Positions 1-8,412 of a stretch of DNA of 64,000 nt are shown here, piece by piece. A program made the position numbers and the translations under genes. A model generated the notes under the pieces. That model did not search any database, was not told the origin of the DNA, and saw nothing but the letters and a program-made list of their open reading frames with translations. The stretch's first letter is position 1; each line of letters begins with the position of its first letter. This stretch comes from Candidatus Hermodarchaeota archaeon (GTDB lineage Archaea; Asgardarchaeota; Thorarchaeia; Thorarchaeales; Thorarchaeaceae), in assembly GCA_048885865.1 (NCBI GenBank), contig JBHLLF010000004.1, forward strand, positions 89,505-153,504, read 5' to 3'.

Positions 1-85
1 GGCCAAATATCAGTTCTAAAAAGGCTGGCAAAGAATAGCCGGAATTAATCTTAGAAACCGTTAGTTCAGCTAGGAGGCAAGCCTT

Positions 86-850
86 ATGGATGCATCAGAG
101 ATCAGGGAGTTCCTGGAGTTTGCAGTCGATGCGGCGGTGGAGGCTGGGAAGATCACAATGGATTACTTCCTTGAGTCTTTGGACATTGATATCAAGACTG
201 ATGACACCCCTGTTACTGAGGCCGATAGAGAGGCTGAGAAGTATATCCGAGAGCGCCTAGAGGCGGTTTATCCAACTCACTCGATTCTTGGGGAAGAGGG
301 AGGGGCGAAGGAAAGAGAGGCGGACTTTAGGTGGATTATAGATCCTATTGATGGGACCCAGTCATTCATTCGTGGAGTGCCCCTATACACTGTGCTTATC
401 GCCTTGGAGATGAAGGGAGAACCGCTTTTGGGGGTGATACACAATCCCCCGCTTCAGGAAACCGTGGCCGCAGGAATAGGATTTGGCTGCTTCTACAATG
501 GAAACCCTTGCCAAGTCAGTTCTACATCAAAACTGGAGAGAGCTTGGGTACAGGTCACAGACTATGCTGATCTCTTTAGACGGAGGCCTAGATTTGCTAC
601 ACATCTTCTTGAGAACACATATTCCTGCCGCACATGGGGAGATGCGTATGGCTACCTTCTTGTTGCAACAGGAAGAGTAGATGTGATGATTGACCCAATT
701 ATGAAGGTATGGGACATTGCACCTCTGAAACCCATTATTACTGAATCGAAGGGGGTCTTCACGGACCTTAATGGTAGTCCAAATGCAATGGGAGATTCTT
801 CTATTGCGTGTAATGAGATACTACATAGGCAAATAATGCAACTTATGTAA
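86..850 (+). CDS. hisN: Histidinol-phosphatase / inositol monophosphatase family protein
   Basis: IMPase motifs PVTEADREAE, ILGEE, WIIDPIDGT, WGDAYGYLLVATG and WDIAP; DTPVT and WGD pattern typical of the HisN subfamily. Confidence 0.8.
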   Translation: MDASEIREFLEFAVDAAVEAGKITMDYFLESLDIDIKTDDTPVTEADREAEKYIRERLEAVYPTHSILGEEGGAKEREADFRWIIDPIDGTQSFIRGVPLYTVLIALEMKGEPLLGVIHNPPLQETVAAGIGFGCFYNGNPCQVSSTSKLERAWVQVTDYADLFRRRPRFATHLLENTYSCRTWGDAYGYLLVATGRVDVMIDPIMKVWDIAPLKPIITESKGVFTDLNGSPNAMGDSSIACNEILHRQIMQLM

Positions 851-937
851 CTGCTTTTTACCTGAATACTTATCAGAAAACCTTTACAGTATTCATTTCG
901 TACTGCTGGGGGTGCGATGACTTGGGGATGATAAACG

Positions 938-2104
938 TTGATAACATGTGCCAAATGTGGGAAAGCAAACCTTCCAACCAGAAAATACTGTCTGCGCTGC
1001 GGAGCATCACTCATTTCGACTCCGACGCCAGAACCTGAAAAGCCCGCTCCTACACAGAAGGCGGCCGCTCCCGCAACTCCAGCCAGCGAAGTCAGCGCCA
1101 CAACAGATGACAAATGGGTCAGGCCAAGTGAAGTTTCAACGGATCGAGTGCGAACAAGTGCCCCAAAGATGAAATCAGAGCTGGAAAAGGCGCGGGAGGC
1201 ATTTGCCAGAGCTGAAGAGGTCGGGATAGAAGAGGGTGATGAGGGCATTGTCGAAACTAGAATGCTAAGAGCGAGTGAAGTAAGGGAGCTGTTAGAGTCT
1301 GCTGCAGAATACGAGGCCCAGGCTCCTCCAATGCCGACACCGCCAGACACAACTGAACCCGGAGCGCCCCCGCAGCCAGCACCGCCGACAATACCGACCC
1401 CAAAAGACCTTGAAGAGGGAATATTAGGCTCACAATCGTCGCTTGTTGAAAAACCAGCTCCCCCTGTAGCACCTGCACCGCCTCCGGAAACAACAGGTGT
1501 ACCTCCTGGGGGCCCACCAGCTCCTGCAGCTCCTACACCTCCTGCAGCTCCCACACCTCCACCTACATCTACACCTAAGCCGAAACCTCCTGCTCCGGCT
1601 GCGAAACCGCCGCCAACCGTCCCTGCTCCTGCTCCAGTAGCGGCACCGCCACCAAGCGTGCCCGTTGCTCAACAGGTAATCCCAGAGGTAGAAGTAATTG
1701 AGATGAAGATATCCGACCCTGAATATCTCAAGGACAAGAAAATTAGCGGCACACTGACAGACCTTAGACATCTCCACCTTGAACTAAAGCAGGCAAATGC
1801 GGATCTTGAAACTGTAGCCGCACATCTTGAGAATGATGTTCAGAATTGCAGAAATTCTTCTGAAGTCAAGAGGATTCATTATGAGAGTATTCAGGAGCAG
1901 TCTCGTCTAGCAAAGGAGGAGTGGAGTGCTGCGGAGAAAGAATATAGTGCTGCTCAAGACCGCCAGAAGAAAGAGATCTCGACCAGACAGAAGAGAATCG
2001 ACAAGATTCAGAAGAGCATCAACAAAGCAGAGTCTGTTGTAGAGAAACGTGTTCGAGACCTCGATAAAGAGAAGGAGAAACTAGCAGCACAGGAAAAGAC
2101 CTAA
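938..2104 (+). CDS. Zinc-ribbon / proline-rich / coiled-coil protein of unknown function
   Basis: N-terminal CAKC...CLRC zinc ribbon, long Pro/Ala-rich middle region, C-terminal ~120 aa charged heptad coiled coil. Confidence 0.85.
   Translation: MITCAKCGKANLPTRKYCLRCGASLISTPTPEPEKPAPTQKAAAPATPASEVSATTDDKWVRPSEVSTDRVRTSAPKMKSELEKAREAFARAEEVGIEEGDEGIVETRMLRASEVRELLESAAEYEAQAPPMPTPPDTTEPGAPPQPAPPTIPTPKDLEEGILGSQSSLVEKPAPPVAPAPPPETTGVPPGGPPAPAAPTPPAAPTPPPTSTPKPKPPAPAAKPPPTVPAPAPVAAPPPSVPVAQQVIPEVEVIEMKISDPEYLKDKKISGTLTDLRHLHLELKQANADLETVAAHLENDVQNCRNSSEVKRIHYESIQEQSRLAKEEWSAAEKEYSAAQDRQKKEISTRQKRIDKIQKSINKAESVVEKRVRDLDKEKEKLAAQEKT
1523..1576 (+). repeat. Three imperfect 18-bp in-frame tandem repeats (PAAPTP-PAAPTP-PPTSTP)
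   Basis: cctgcagctcctacacct / cctgcagctcccacacct / ccacctacatctacacct. Confidence 0.75.
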
Positions 2105-2156
2105 CACCTAAGTCCAAAATAACGTTTTATCAAACAAAGCGCATTATTTTGGTGAA

Positions 2157-2663
2157 TTGACAGACGAAAAATCAAGCCTAGTGAAATTGGCAGTCATTGG
2201 AGCAATCAATGCAGGCAAAAGTACATTGATTGCCAAATTGGTCACGGGTTCGTTCATCGATTCATCAATTGCACCGGACGTTGACGTGTCATCTTGGTTG
2301 ATTTCTGTTGATGAATTCACCTCAATTGAAGCTTCGATTTTTGAGTTCGATGAGCACGAGGAATTCGAGTTCTTTCAGGCGGCTGCTGTGACTGGAGCAA
2401 AGATAGCTATAGTCATCTTCGACTGCTCATCATTTGAGTCATTGCTATCCGTTGATAAGTGGGTAGGCATGACTTCAAATCTACCCAATGATAGAAAGCT
2501 CTTCGTGGGAACGAAACTCGATCTGTGCGATGATGTTGACTATGATGGAATCCATGAGATCACATCGCGTCATGGAATTGACTTCCTATTGGTGAGTTCA
2601 AAAGAGGGGACCAATATAGGCACACTGGCTCGACGATTGGGTGAGATGGCTCAACGATTATGA
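2157..2663 (+). CDS. Ras/Rab-superfamily small GTPase with degenerate G3
   Basis: G1 GAINAGKST, G4 GTKLD, G5 VSSKEG, AIVIFDCS strand; G3 DxxGQ replaced by EFDEH. Confidence 0.8.
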   Translation: MTDEKSSLVKLAVIGAINAGKSTLIAKLVTGSFIDSSIAPDVDVSSWLISVDEFTSIEASIFEFDEHEEFEFFQAAAVTGAKIAIVIFDCSSFESLLSVDKWVGMTSNLPNDRKLFVGTKLDLCDDVDYDGIHEITSRHGIDFLLVSSKEGTNIGTLARRLGEMAQRL

Positions 2664-2979
2664 ATTGATGTGGATTGTTCTAGCTGGATTTGGTTTCTGG
2701 ATATTTGACCTAGGTATGATGCTTGCTCACCATATAATCGATTGCAAAGGCTCATTGCCAAAGATACGCCAGGCATTGATTGAGGGACATAAAAGAACGA
2801 GTGTATTGCCGGAATCAAATCTTGAATACCTTGACCTCTTCACTGCCGCACGCTTGGCACAGCTCATGTTCTTCTATCAGGGACTGGCGTTGATATATCC
2901 TCAGTATGGAGATCAGTCCTTGAGAGAGATCAACCAATCTGTAAGACATCTCAAACGTATTCTCAAGAGGATCTCATGA
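2641..2979 (+). pseudogene. C-terminal remnant of an APH/type II homoserine kinase-like phosphotransferase
   Basis: GFGFWIFDLG and LDLFTAARL resemble the DCGFGxxxYDLA and C-terminal helices of APH-family kinases; the N-lobe and HxD/DF motifs are missing. Confidence 0.45.
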
Positions 2980-3074
2980 ATTCACATCATCCTAAAGGGC
3001 ATTCATCGAGCCTCTTCTTTAATAGCAAGTATCTCCCAATTGTCAAACAGAGCTGAATATCGGAGGTTTCGATT

Positions 3075-3611
3075 CTGGAACAAGTTATAATACCTGATTG
3101 GCTTCGAGCGATTGATATTCTAGTGGGTGCACTTTCGATTGCACTGTGTAGCTTTGTGCTCATAGGATTCGTACCTTCCAGCGTGGCAATACTCATTCTA
3201 CTGATAATAACACTGTTCATGGTAGGGCTTGCTAGATTTGCCAGAGCTGCTGCTGTAAAGGCCAAGGGGACATCACGGCGTGCGATAAATCTAGTTGCAG
3301 GGATTGTCGGGATTGGAGCTGCTTCGCTGCTCATATTCAACATTCAGCTACCTGAAGAAACCATTTTGATTCTACTTGCAACCGCATGGATGATAATGGG
3401 ACTGGCGAGGATTTCTATTGGATTGATTGAAAGGGACGTGCCTCTTTGGGCACGAATACTACAGATTGTGGTTGGTTTGACTACTATGGCCCTTACGAGT
3501 GTGGTTGTAATTTTCCCTGTAACTGATTTCTCAACTATTCTGCTATTCCTTCTAATAACCGTCATTGCGAATGGCTTTGCAAGAACCTCGAGGGGCTACG
3601 TCGGAGTCTAG
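3075..3611 (+). CDS. HdeD/DUF308-like membrane protein
   Basis: Six hydrophobic helices with repeated 'WxRxxxIxVG' units. ORF track starts at 3123, but an in-frame CTG at 3075 follows GGAGGT. Confidence 0.6.
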   Translation: MEQVIIPDWLRAIDILVGALSIALCSFVLIGFVPSSVAILILLIITLFMVGLARFARAAAVKAKGTSRRAINLVAGIVGIGAASLLIFNIQLPEETILILLATAWMIMGLARISIGLIERDVPLWARILQIVVGLTTMALTSVVVIFPVTDFSTILLFLLITVIANGFARTSRGYVGV

Positions 3612-3617
3612 CAGAAG

Positions 3618-4616
3618 CTAATCCACAAAAACGGATGGTTCTAGAATTGCATCTTCAATAGCCGCCTCTTCGATTCTGATGAAGGGATCTCGAAGCCAGC
3701 TTATTAATCCCCAAATGGAAGGGACAAGAGAGATTGTCATAAGGATTATCGAGAATGTGATGACCGTTGCGTAGTCGATTCCCATTGCTCCGAGTACAAT
3801 CAGAAGAATCCCCTCCCTCACACCAATTCCTTGAATTGAAATAGGTACTGTTACAAACATCGCAGTTATTGTTGCAGCCAAGGCTACAGAAATCCAAGGA
3901 AGCTGGATATTTAGAGCTCTTGCCAGAAGCACACTTTGCATTGCGTAGAGCAGCCAGGCCCCACCAGCCAGCATGAGCGCCAAGAGCAGTGAATTCCACC
4001 CTGCAAGACGGAGGGATTCGCTAATTCCAGCACTATGCGCTCCAGGAATCCCTTTCTTCTTCAATCTCCTTATTCGCACACCTATCAGCCAAGGGGAGAG
4101 CAAGAATTTCAAAACTCTGTAAGTGACATAGGAAGCTAACAGAAAAACAGCAACAAACCCAAGTACGGCCAATGCAAAGAGGTAATCGATTTCTAGTATT
4201 GCAAGTACGGCGATTGTGGTTATCAAATAAGGTACAAAGGACGCAATGATGGCATCTAGAAACACACTCATTATCGAACGCTCAGTCGTATTGCCTCTAC
4301 CCTTCAAATATGGTACTCTAACAAGGTCGCCGAGCGCTCCGGGCACTGCGAAGCTCATCATCTGGGCAATGCACAGGCCATCAACTGCTTCCAGAACATC
4401 TAGGCGCAAATCCAGTGCAGATGTAATTACATGCCACCGAGCTCCCTTCAGAATCATAACTGGCACTACCAATGCGGCGGCTAATAGGACTGAAGCTCCA
4501 TCAAGTGTTAGTGCCAACTGAGCAACCTGAGTAAAGTCGATACGAAGCAAAAGAAAGAGGAAGAGGATGATTCCAATGAAACGAATCAGATGACGTGCAA
4601 GATTTCTTCGTTTCAT
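3618..4616 (-). CDS. Lysylphosphatidylglycerol synthase TM / flippase-like (UPF0104) membrane protein
   Basis: KGARW, PGALGDLVRVPYL, VFLD and PISIQGIGVRE motifs. Confidence 0.85.
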   Translation of the reverse strand: MKRRNLARHLIRFIGIILFLFLLLRIDFTQVAQLALTLDGASVLLAAALVVPVMILKGARWHVITSALDLRLDVLEAVDGLCIAQMMSFAVPGALGDLVRVPYLKGRGNTTERSIMSVFLDAIIASFVPYLITTIAVLAILEIDYLFALAVLGFVAVFLLASYVTYRVLKFLLSPWLIGVRIRRLKKKGIPGAHSAGISESLRLAGWNSLLLALMLAGGAWLLYAMQSVLLARALNIQLPWISVALAATITAMFVTVPISIQGIGVREGILLIVLGAMGIDYATVITFSIILMTISLVPSIWGLISWLRDPFIRIEEAAIEDAILEPSVFVD

Positions 4617-4817
4617 TGAATCTTCACCTATTCGGGTCAGTCAGTCGAATCTTATCTCCGCAGTGTGCCAATGCAAACTTGGTAGAAATATTAGTGCTGT
4701 TGCATGCAAAGCAGAATTGTGAATAGACCCCTGATAATCTCATCGGGTGTGGACTGACAATTGATACCTCTTAACCCCTGCTTTTCATGATTTTATGTTG
4801 GATGCACTCTGGTGTAC

Positions 4818-5285
4818 TCATGGAGGAGTCCAGTCTAAAGGAATGATTCCAGCGAGAGTTTGTATCAGTTCCTTTGTCCTCTTATCGTCAAATCTGCAGC
4901 TCTCCCAGACCTTTTGCTCAAACACCAGATCATCTTTGTCCCTAATTGAAAATGTGAGCACCGCAGCATTCGGAAGAGCCCTCTCTGTGCAATTCTGCAA
5001 GTCCCATATCTTCTTCTTTGATAACTCTCCAATGAAGGCAGACAGGTCATCATTGGAAAAAGCTGTCTCTCTCTTCTTAGCTGCCTTAGTTTCATTCTTG
5101 ATATCGACTGGTGTTCCCTTCGGTATTTTCCAATGTGTAATCTTATCAGAGGTCACAGTGATTCTGAGTCGCGAATAATATGCAGTGTGCCCGGATTGGT
5201 ATTCGAATGAGAAGTTCGCTAATTCGGCTTTTCCTTTTAGCAGGTCCTTTAGGTAGTTCCTCAATTCCTTCTTGGTATATGTCAC
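4818..5285 (-). CDS. Hypothetical protein downstream of actin
   Basis: GTG start after GAGGT SD-like sequence, soluble 155 aa; no family recognised. Confidence 0.65.
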   Translation of the reverse strand: MTYTKKELRNYLKDLLKGKAELANFSFEYQSGHTAYYSRLRITVTSDKITHWKIPKGTPVDIKNETKAAKKRETAFSNDDLSAFIGELSKKKIWDLQNCTERALPNAAVLTFSIRDKDDLVFEQKVWESCRFDDKRTKELIQTLAGIIPLDWTPP

Positions 5286-5388
5286 ATACCTCTACCTCAA
5301 CCTCATTGGGTCTTTGATTCAAGTCAAAGAAGTCAGGTTCCATAATAAGCTCATTTGCGACAAAATGCAGTTCAAAGAAATAGAAGTT

Positions 5389-5417
5389 TGAAGGAGGGCT
5401 TTGCGGCCCTACCTTCA
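5389..5417 (-). terminator. GC-rich hairpin followed by U-rich tract after actin
   Basis: tgaaggagggc-N6-gccctaccttca stem (one bulge) just past the actin stop; the minus strand continues aacttctatttcttt. Confidence 0.6.
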
Positions 5418-5429
5418 GAGACTGTTGGT

Positions 5430-6569
5430 CTAGATGCACCTATGAATGACTTCGGGTCCTGCTTCCTCGAACTCCTTTCTGGAAACCCACATCTTCTGGA
5501 AGGTCTTCAGCGAGGCAAGGATGCTTCCACCAATCCAGACAGAGTACTGCCTCTCGGGCGGAGCAATAATTCGGACCTCGATGTTCTCTGGGACTAGCTC
5601 AGTGATCTCCTTGTGGAGCCGCTCCTTGAGTCCTGGGAACATGGTAGAACCACCGGACAACACAACGTTGGCATATAGGTCACGTCGCAGGTCGACGTCA
5701 CATGCCTTTATTGACTCAACAATGTGGTCGTCTAGTGGTTGGGTGTCAAGACCGATCGCGCTTGGATTGAAGAACAGCTCGGGTGCCTGGAACCTCTCTG
5801 CTCCAACAGTAATCACCTCACCGTCTGGTAGCATGTAAGGCTTGTCGACACCGGCCTTGTCGGCTACGGTTCGCTCTCTCTCAGGATCAAGGGCTACGTA
5901 ACATAGCTTCTCCTTGACATCCCTGACAATTTCCTTCTCTGCACCGCTGACAAAGGAGTAACCCCTCTGTCTGAGCAGTCTGCGCAGATACTCGGTGATG
6001 TCACGGCCTGCGAGGTCGATTCTTTTGATGGCGTGGGTGATAGCAAAGCCCTCGTAAATCGGGACAATGTGTGTCACACCATCTCCAGAGTCAATAACTA
6101 GCCCCGTCGTTCTTCCGGACGCGTATAGCGAAAGCACTGCCTGTGTGGCAACGTACACTGCTGGAACACCAAAATTGTCAAACATTACTGAGGCCATTCT
6201 CTCACGGTTCTCACGTGGGTTGAATGGTGCTTCAGTCAGTAGGACTGGGTTCTCACTAGGGTCTACTTTGAGGTCATTATAGAACGTGTAGCTCCATATC
6301 TTCTCAATAGCGTCCCAGTCATCAATCACACCGTGTGTGATAGGATAGACCAGTCGCAGAACACCACGCAGGTTGATGGCTTCCTCACCGATGTAGTAGT
6401 CTCTGGTATAGTGATCAACATCGGTCATGATTGATTCGTATCTTGGATATCCAATCAGTGTGGGCCAAACACTTCGTGGCTGATCTTCGCCGGCGTATCC
6501 GTTCTTGCTAAGGCCAGTGCCGTTGTCAATGACAATGGGCTTCGCGCCAAGGAACTCGTCTTCAGCCAT
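5430..6569 (-). CDS. Actin (Asgard conserved 'Lokiactin'-type)
   Basis: [80 protein letters not shown]; 379 aa, colinear with eukaryotic actin. Confidence 0.98.
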   Translation of the reverse strand: MAEDEFLGAKPIVIDNGTGLSKNGYAGEDQPRSVWPTLIGYPRYESIMTDVDHYTRDYYIGEEAINLRGVLRLVYPITHGVIDDWDAIEKIWSYTFYNDLKVDPSENPVLLTEAPFNPRENRERMASVMFDNFGVPAVYVATQAVLSLYASGRTTGLVIDSGDGVTHIVPIYEGFAITHAIKRIDLAGRDITEYLRRLLRQRGYSFVSGAEKEIVRDVKEKLCYVALDPERERTVADKAGVDKPYMLPDGEVITVGAERFQAPELFFNPSAIGLDTQPLDDHIVESIKACDVDLRRDLYANVVLSGGSTMFPGLKERLHKEITELVPENIEVRIIAPPERQYSVWIGGSILASLKTFQKMWVSRKEFEEAGPEVIHRCI

Positions 6570-6670
6570 TTTTTTCGGTCCTCTTTTTCTGGTTAATGAG
6601 TAGATCTCAGAACCTAGATTCTAACTCAGAGTTCACGGAACTCTTCGCTGATGTACTGTTGCCTTTCGAC

Positions 6671-6755
6671 CATATTTAAGACTATTCTGTCTTAGTCTCT
6701 TTAATTCAAAGAATTATCTTATGTATATTCGATTGCTACGAGACCTACATAGGTC
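6671..6755. promoter_or_regulatory. Actin promoter region with TATA-like box and two palindromes (candidate operators)
   Basis: Minus-strand CTTAAATA at ~6673-6680 overlapped by TAAGAC-N6-GTCTTA (6677-6694); GACCTA-ca-TAGGTC at 6742-6755. Confidence 0.45.
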
Positions 6756-6914
6756 ATGTATTTCTGGCGCTTTTACTAGCTTTGAAATGCTTCTCTAAAG
6801 GCGGTATATACATCATTAGGCATATATTTGTTTTAATCAATAGTGCAGGAAATAACATTACATAGACGGAATATATATATAATATATGTCTTTGAAGTAA
6901 AGTGGCGCGAAACG

Positions 6915-7712
6915 ATGTTCTGGGAAACTGCAGACACGGTCATCAGACGGGAGATTCAGATTGACGCCAGAAGGATAATACTTGATCTGTTAGAAGGTGG
7001 TCCGAAGACAGGGATAGAACTGCGGGAAGCCATCAAGCGATTCAAACAGACCCAAGAGATGGACAAGGCTAGAGAGGAGAAGCGAAAGCTCACCAAGAAG
7101 CAGATACAAGCCATCAATGTAACCGACCCGCACCTGTATCACAATACGAAACACCTGGAGAATCTCCAAATAATCACTAGCAGGAAGAGCTCAAGAATAC
7201 GGCTCTTTGGACTGGTGCCATGGGCAATCCAACCTGTGAGAAGAGTTCTAGGGATAACTCGCCCAGTGGCTCTCATTACCTCGATGTCACGCCCCGAAGA
7301 TCAGAGACCATTCATCACTTGGCTGAATGACCAAAAAGATTTCGACGTGAGAGCACTCCATGTCATAGTCGAAGATCGAACCTTTGCAAGAGGCTCGTCA
7401 AGGGATCTGGCAAGATACCTGCCTGAAAAGGCCGAGCCTAGGTGGGAGATACAGTGGCACGACTTGCCCGTCGACTCTGCAGGCAACTATGACACAAATA
7501 TCCCCGGCGATGTTATGCTCACCCAGCGAGAGATTGAGAACATAATAACTGACAACATCACTCAGTATGATCTTGTTATTGATCTCTCGACAGGACCACC
7601 CCTGATTGTGCTTGCACTCTCACTCTTGGCCATGCATTACTCGCTAAGTGCCATATTCGTGAATCACAAGGATGGTAGCAATATCATAACTCGAGTGTTG
7701 CCAAGGGGCTGA
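6915..7712 (+). CDS. Winged-helix (PadR/ArsR-like) regulator with C-terminal CARF-like Rossmann domain
   Basis: N-terminal RRIILDLLEGGPKTGIEL...LYHNTKHLENLQII wHTH; C-terminal strand order VALITS / LHVIV / IQWHDL / LVIDLSTG / AIFV matches CARF. ATG at 6915 preferred over GTG at 6843. Confidence 0.65.
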   Translation: MFWETADTVIRREIQIDARRIILDLLEGGPKTGIELREAIKRFKQTQEMDKAREEKRKLTKKQIQAINVTDPHLYHNTKHLENLQIITSRKSSRIRLFGLVPWAIQPVRRVLGITRPVALITSMSRPEDQRPFITWLNDQKDFDVRALHVIVEDRTFARGSSRDLARYLPEKAEPRWEIQWHDLPVDSAGNYDTNIPGDVMLTQREIENIITDNITQYDLVIDLSTGPPLIVLALSLLAMHYSLSAIFVNHKDGSNIITRVLPRG

Positions 7713-7718
7713 GCCAAG

Positions 7719-8402
7719 TTGGAGCAGGGTAGAGAGCTTTCTTGGGAACCAATAGGTCTCGAGAGCACACTGAATGAGATGGTCAACATTGTCAGAGAAA
7801 TAGAGGAAACTACTCCATCTCACAGCAAGCGGACGCTCCGTAAGACAAGGAAATGGATTCAACAGCTCAGCGAGGTTTTAGATTCTCTGGACAAGATTCG
7901 GACTGAGCTGAAGCCTCGACTTGAGGATGCGCTGTGTCTTTCGATCAGGGATATGGAATTGCTCCAAGTAGCCATGTTTCAGCCAAGTACAAAGAATCTC
8001 TTCAGCGAGCTGCAAATTCAGCTATCGATGGACGAGAGAAGTCCACTTGACAAAGAGGACTACGATATTCTTGTGTCACTAAGCGAGATTGCGCAGTCAT
8101 TGGCGTTGGTGGGCGATGCGGCAATCTCGATGGCAGTATTGCATTACATCTGGCAACCAAAGGCCACAGATGTTGGAACGTTGACTCAACGTCGAGCTGA
8201 TATTGTGAGTAATGAGCATCTGGCAAAGGTCTGTGACTCTTGGGGGCTTTATGAAGAACGCATCCATTTCGACCCTGCGAGTTCCAGCAAGTCAGAGATG
8301 AACCATGACAAAGGCACCCTTGTTGAAGCAATCTACGGGATAATTTACATTGAGAATGGGTTCAGCAAAGTCAGAGAACTGATTCCACTACTAGTCGGGT
8401 GA
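7719..8402 (+). CDS. Ribonuclease III-domain protein without dsRBD (Mini-III-like active site)
   Basis: DMELLQVAMFQPS, SLALVGDAAI, RADIVSNEHLA, KGTLVEAIYGIIYIENG; the protein ends right after the catalytic domain. Confidence 0.85.
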   Translation: MEQGRELSWEPIGLESTLNEMVNIVREIEETTPSHSKRTLRKTRKWIQQLSEVLDSLDKIRTELKPRLEDALCLSIRDMELLQVAMFQPSTKNLFSELQIQLSMDERSPLDKEDYDILVSLSEIAQSLALVGDAAISMAVLHYIWQPKATDVGTLTQRRADIVSNEHLAKVCDSWGLYEERIHFDPASSSKSEMNHDKGTLVEAIYGIIYIENGFSKVRELIPLLVG

Positions 8403-8412
8403 TGACATGCAC

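Noticed and set aside
652-1554. 300-aa Gly/Ala-rich minus-strand ORF
   Set aside because: Antisense shadow of the Pro-rich coding region (CCN codons read as NGG/GGN); it overlaps two well-supported plus-strand genes
1523-1576. Tandem repeats as a CRISPR array
   Set aside because: In-frame 18-bp coding repeats without spacers; no repeat-spacer array or cas gene seen anywhere in the window
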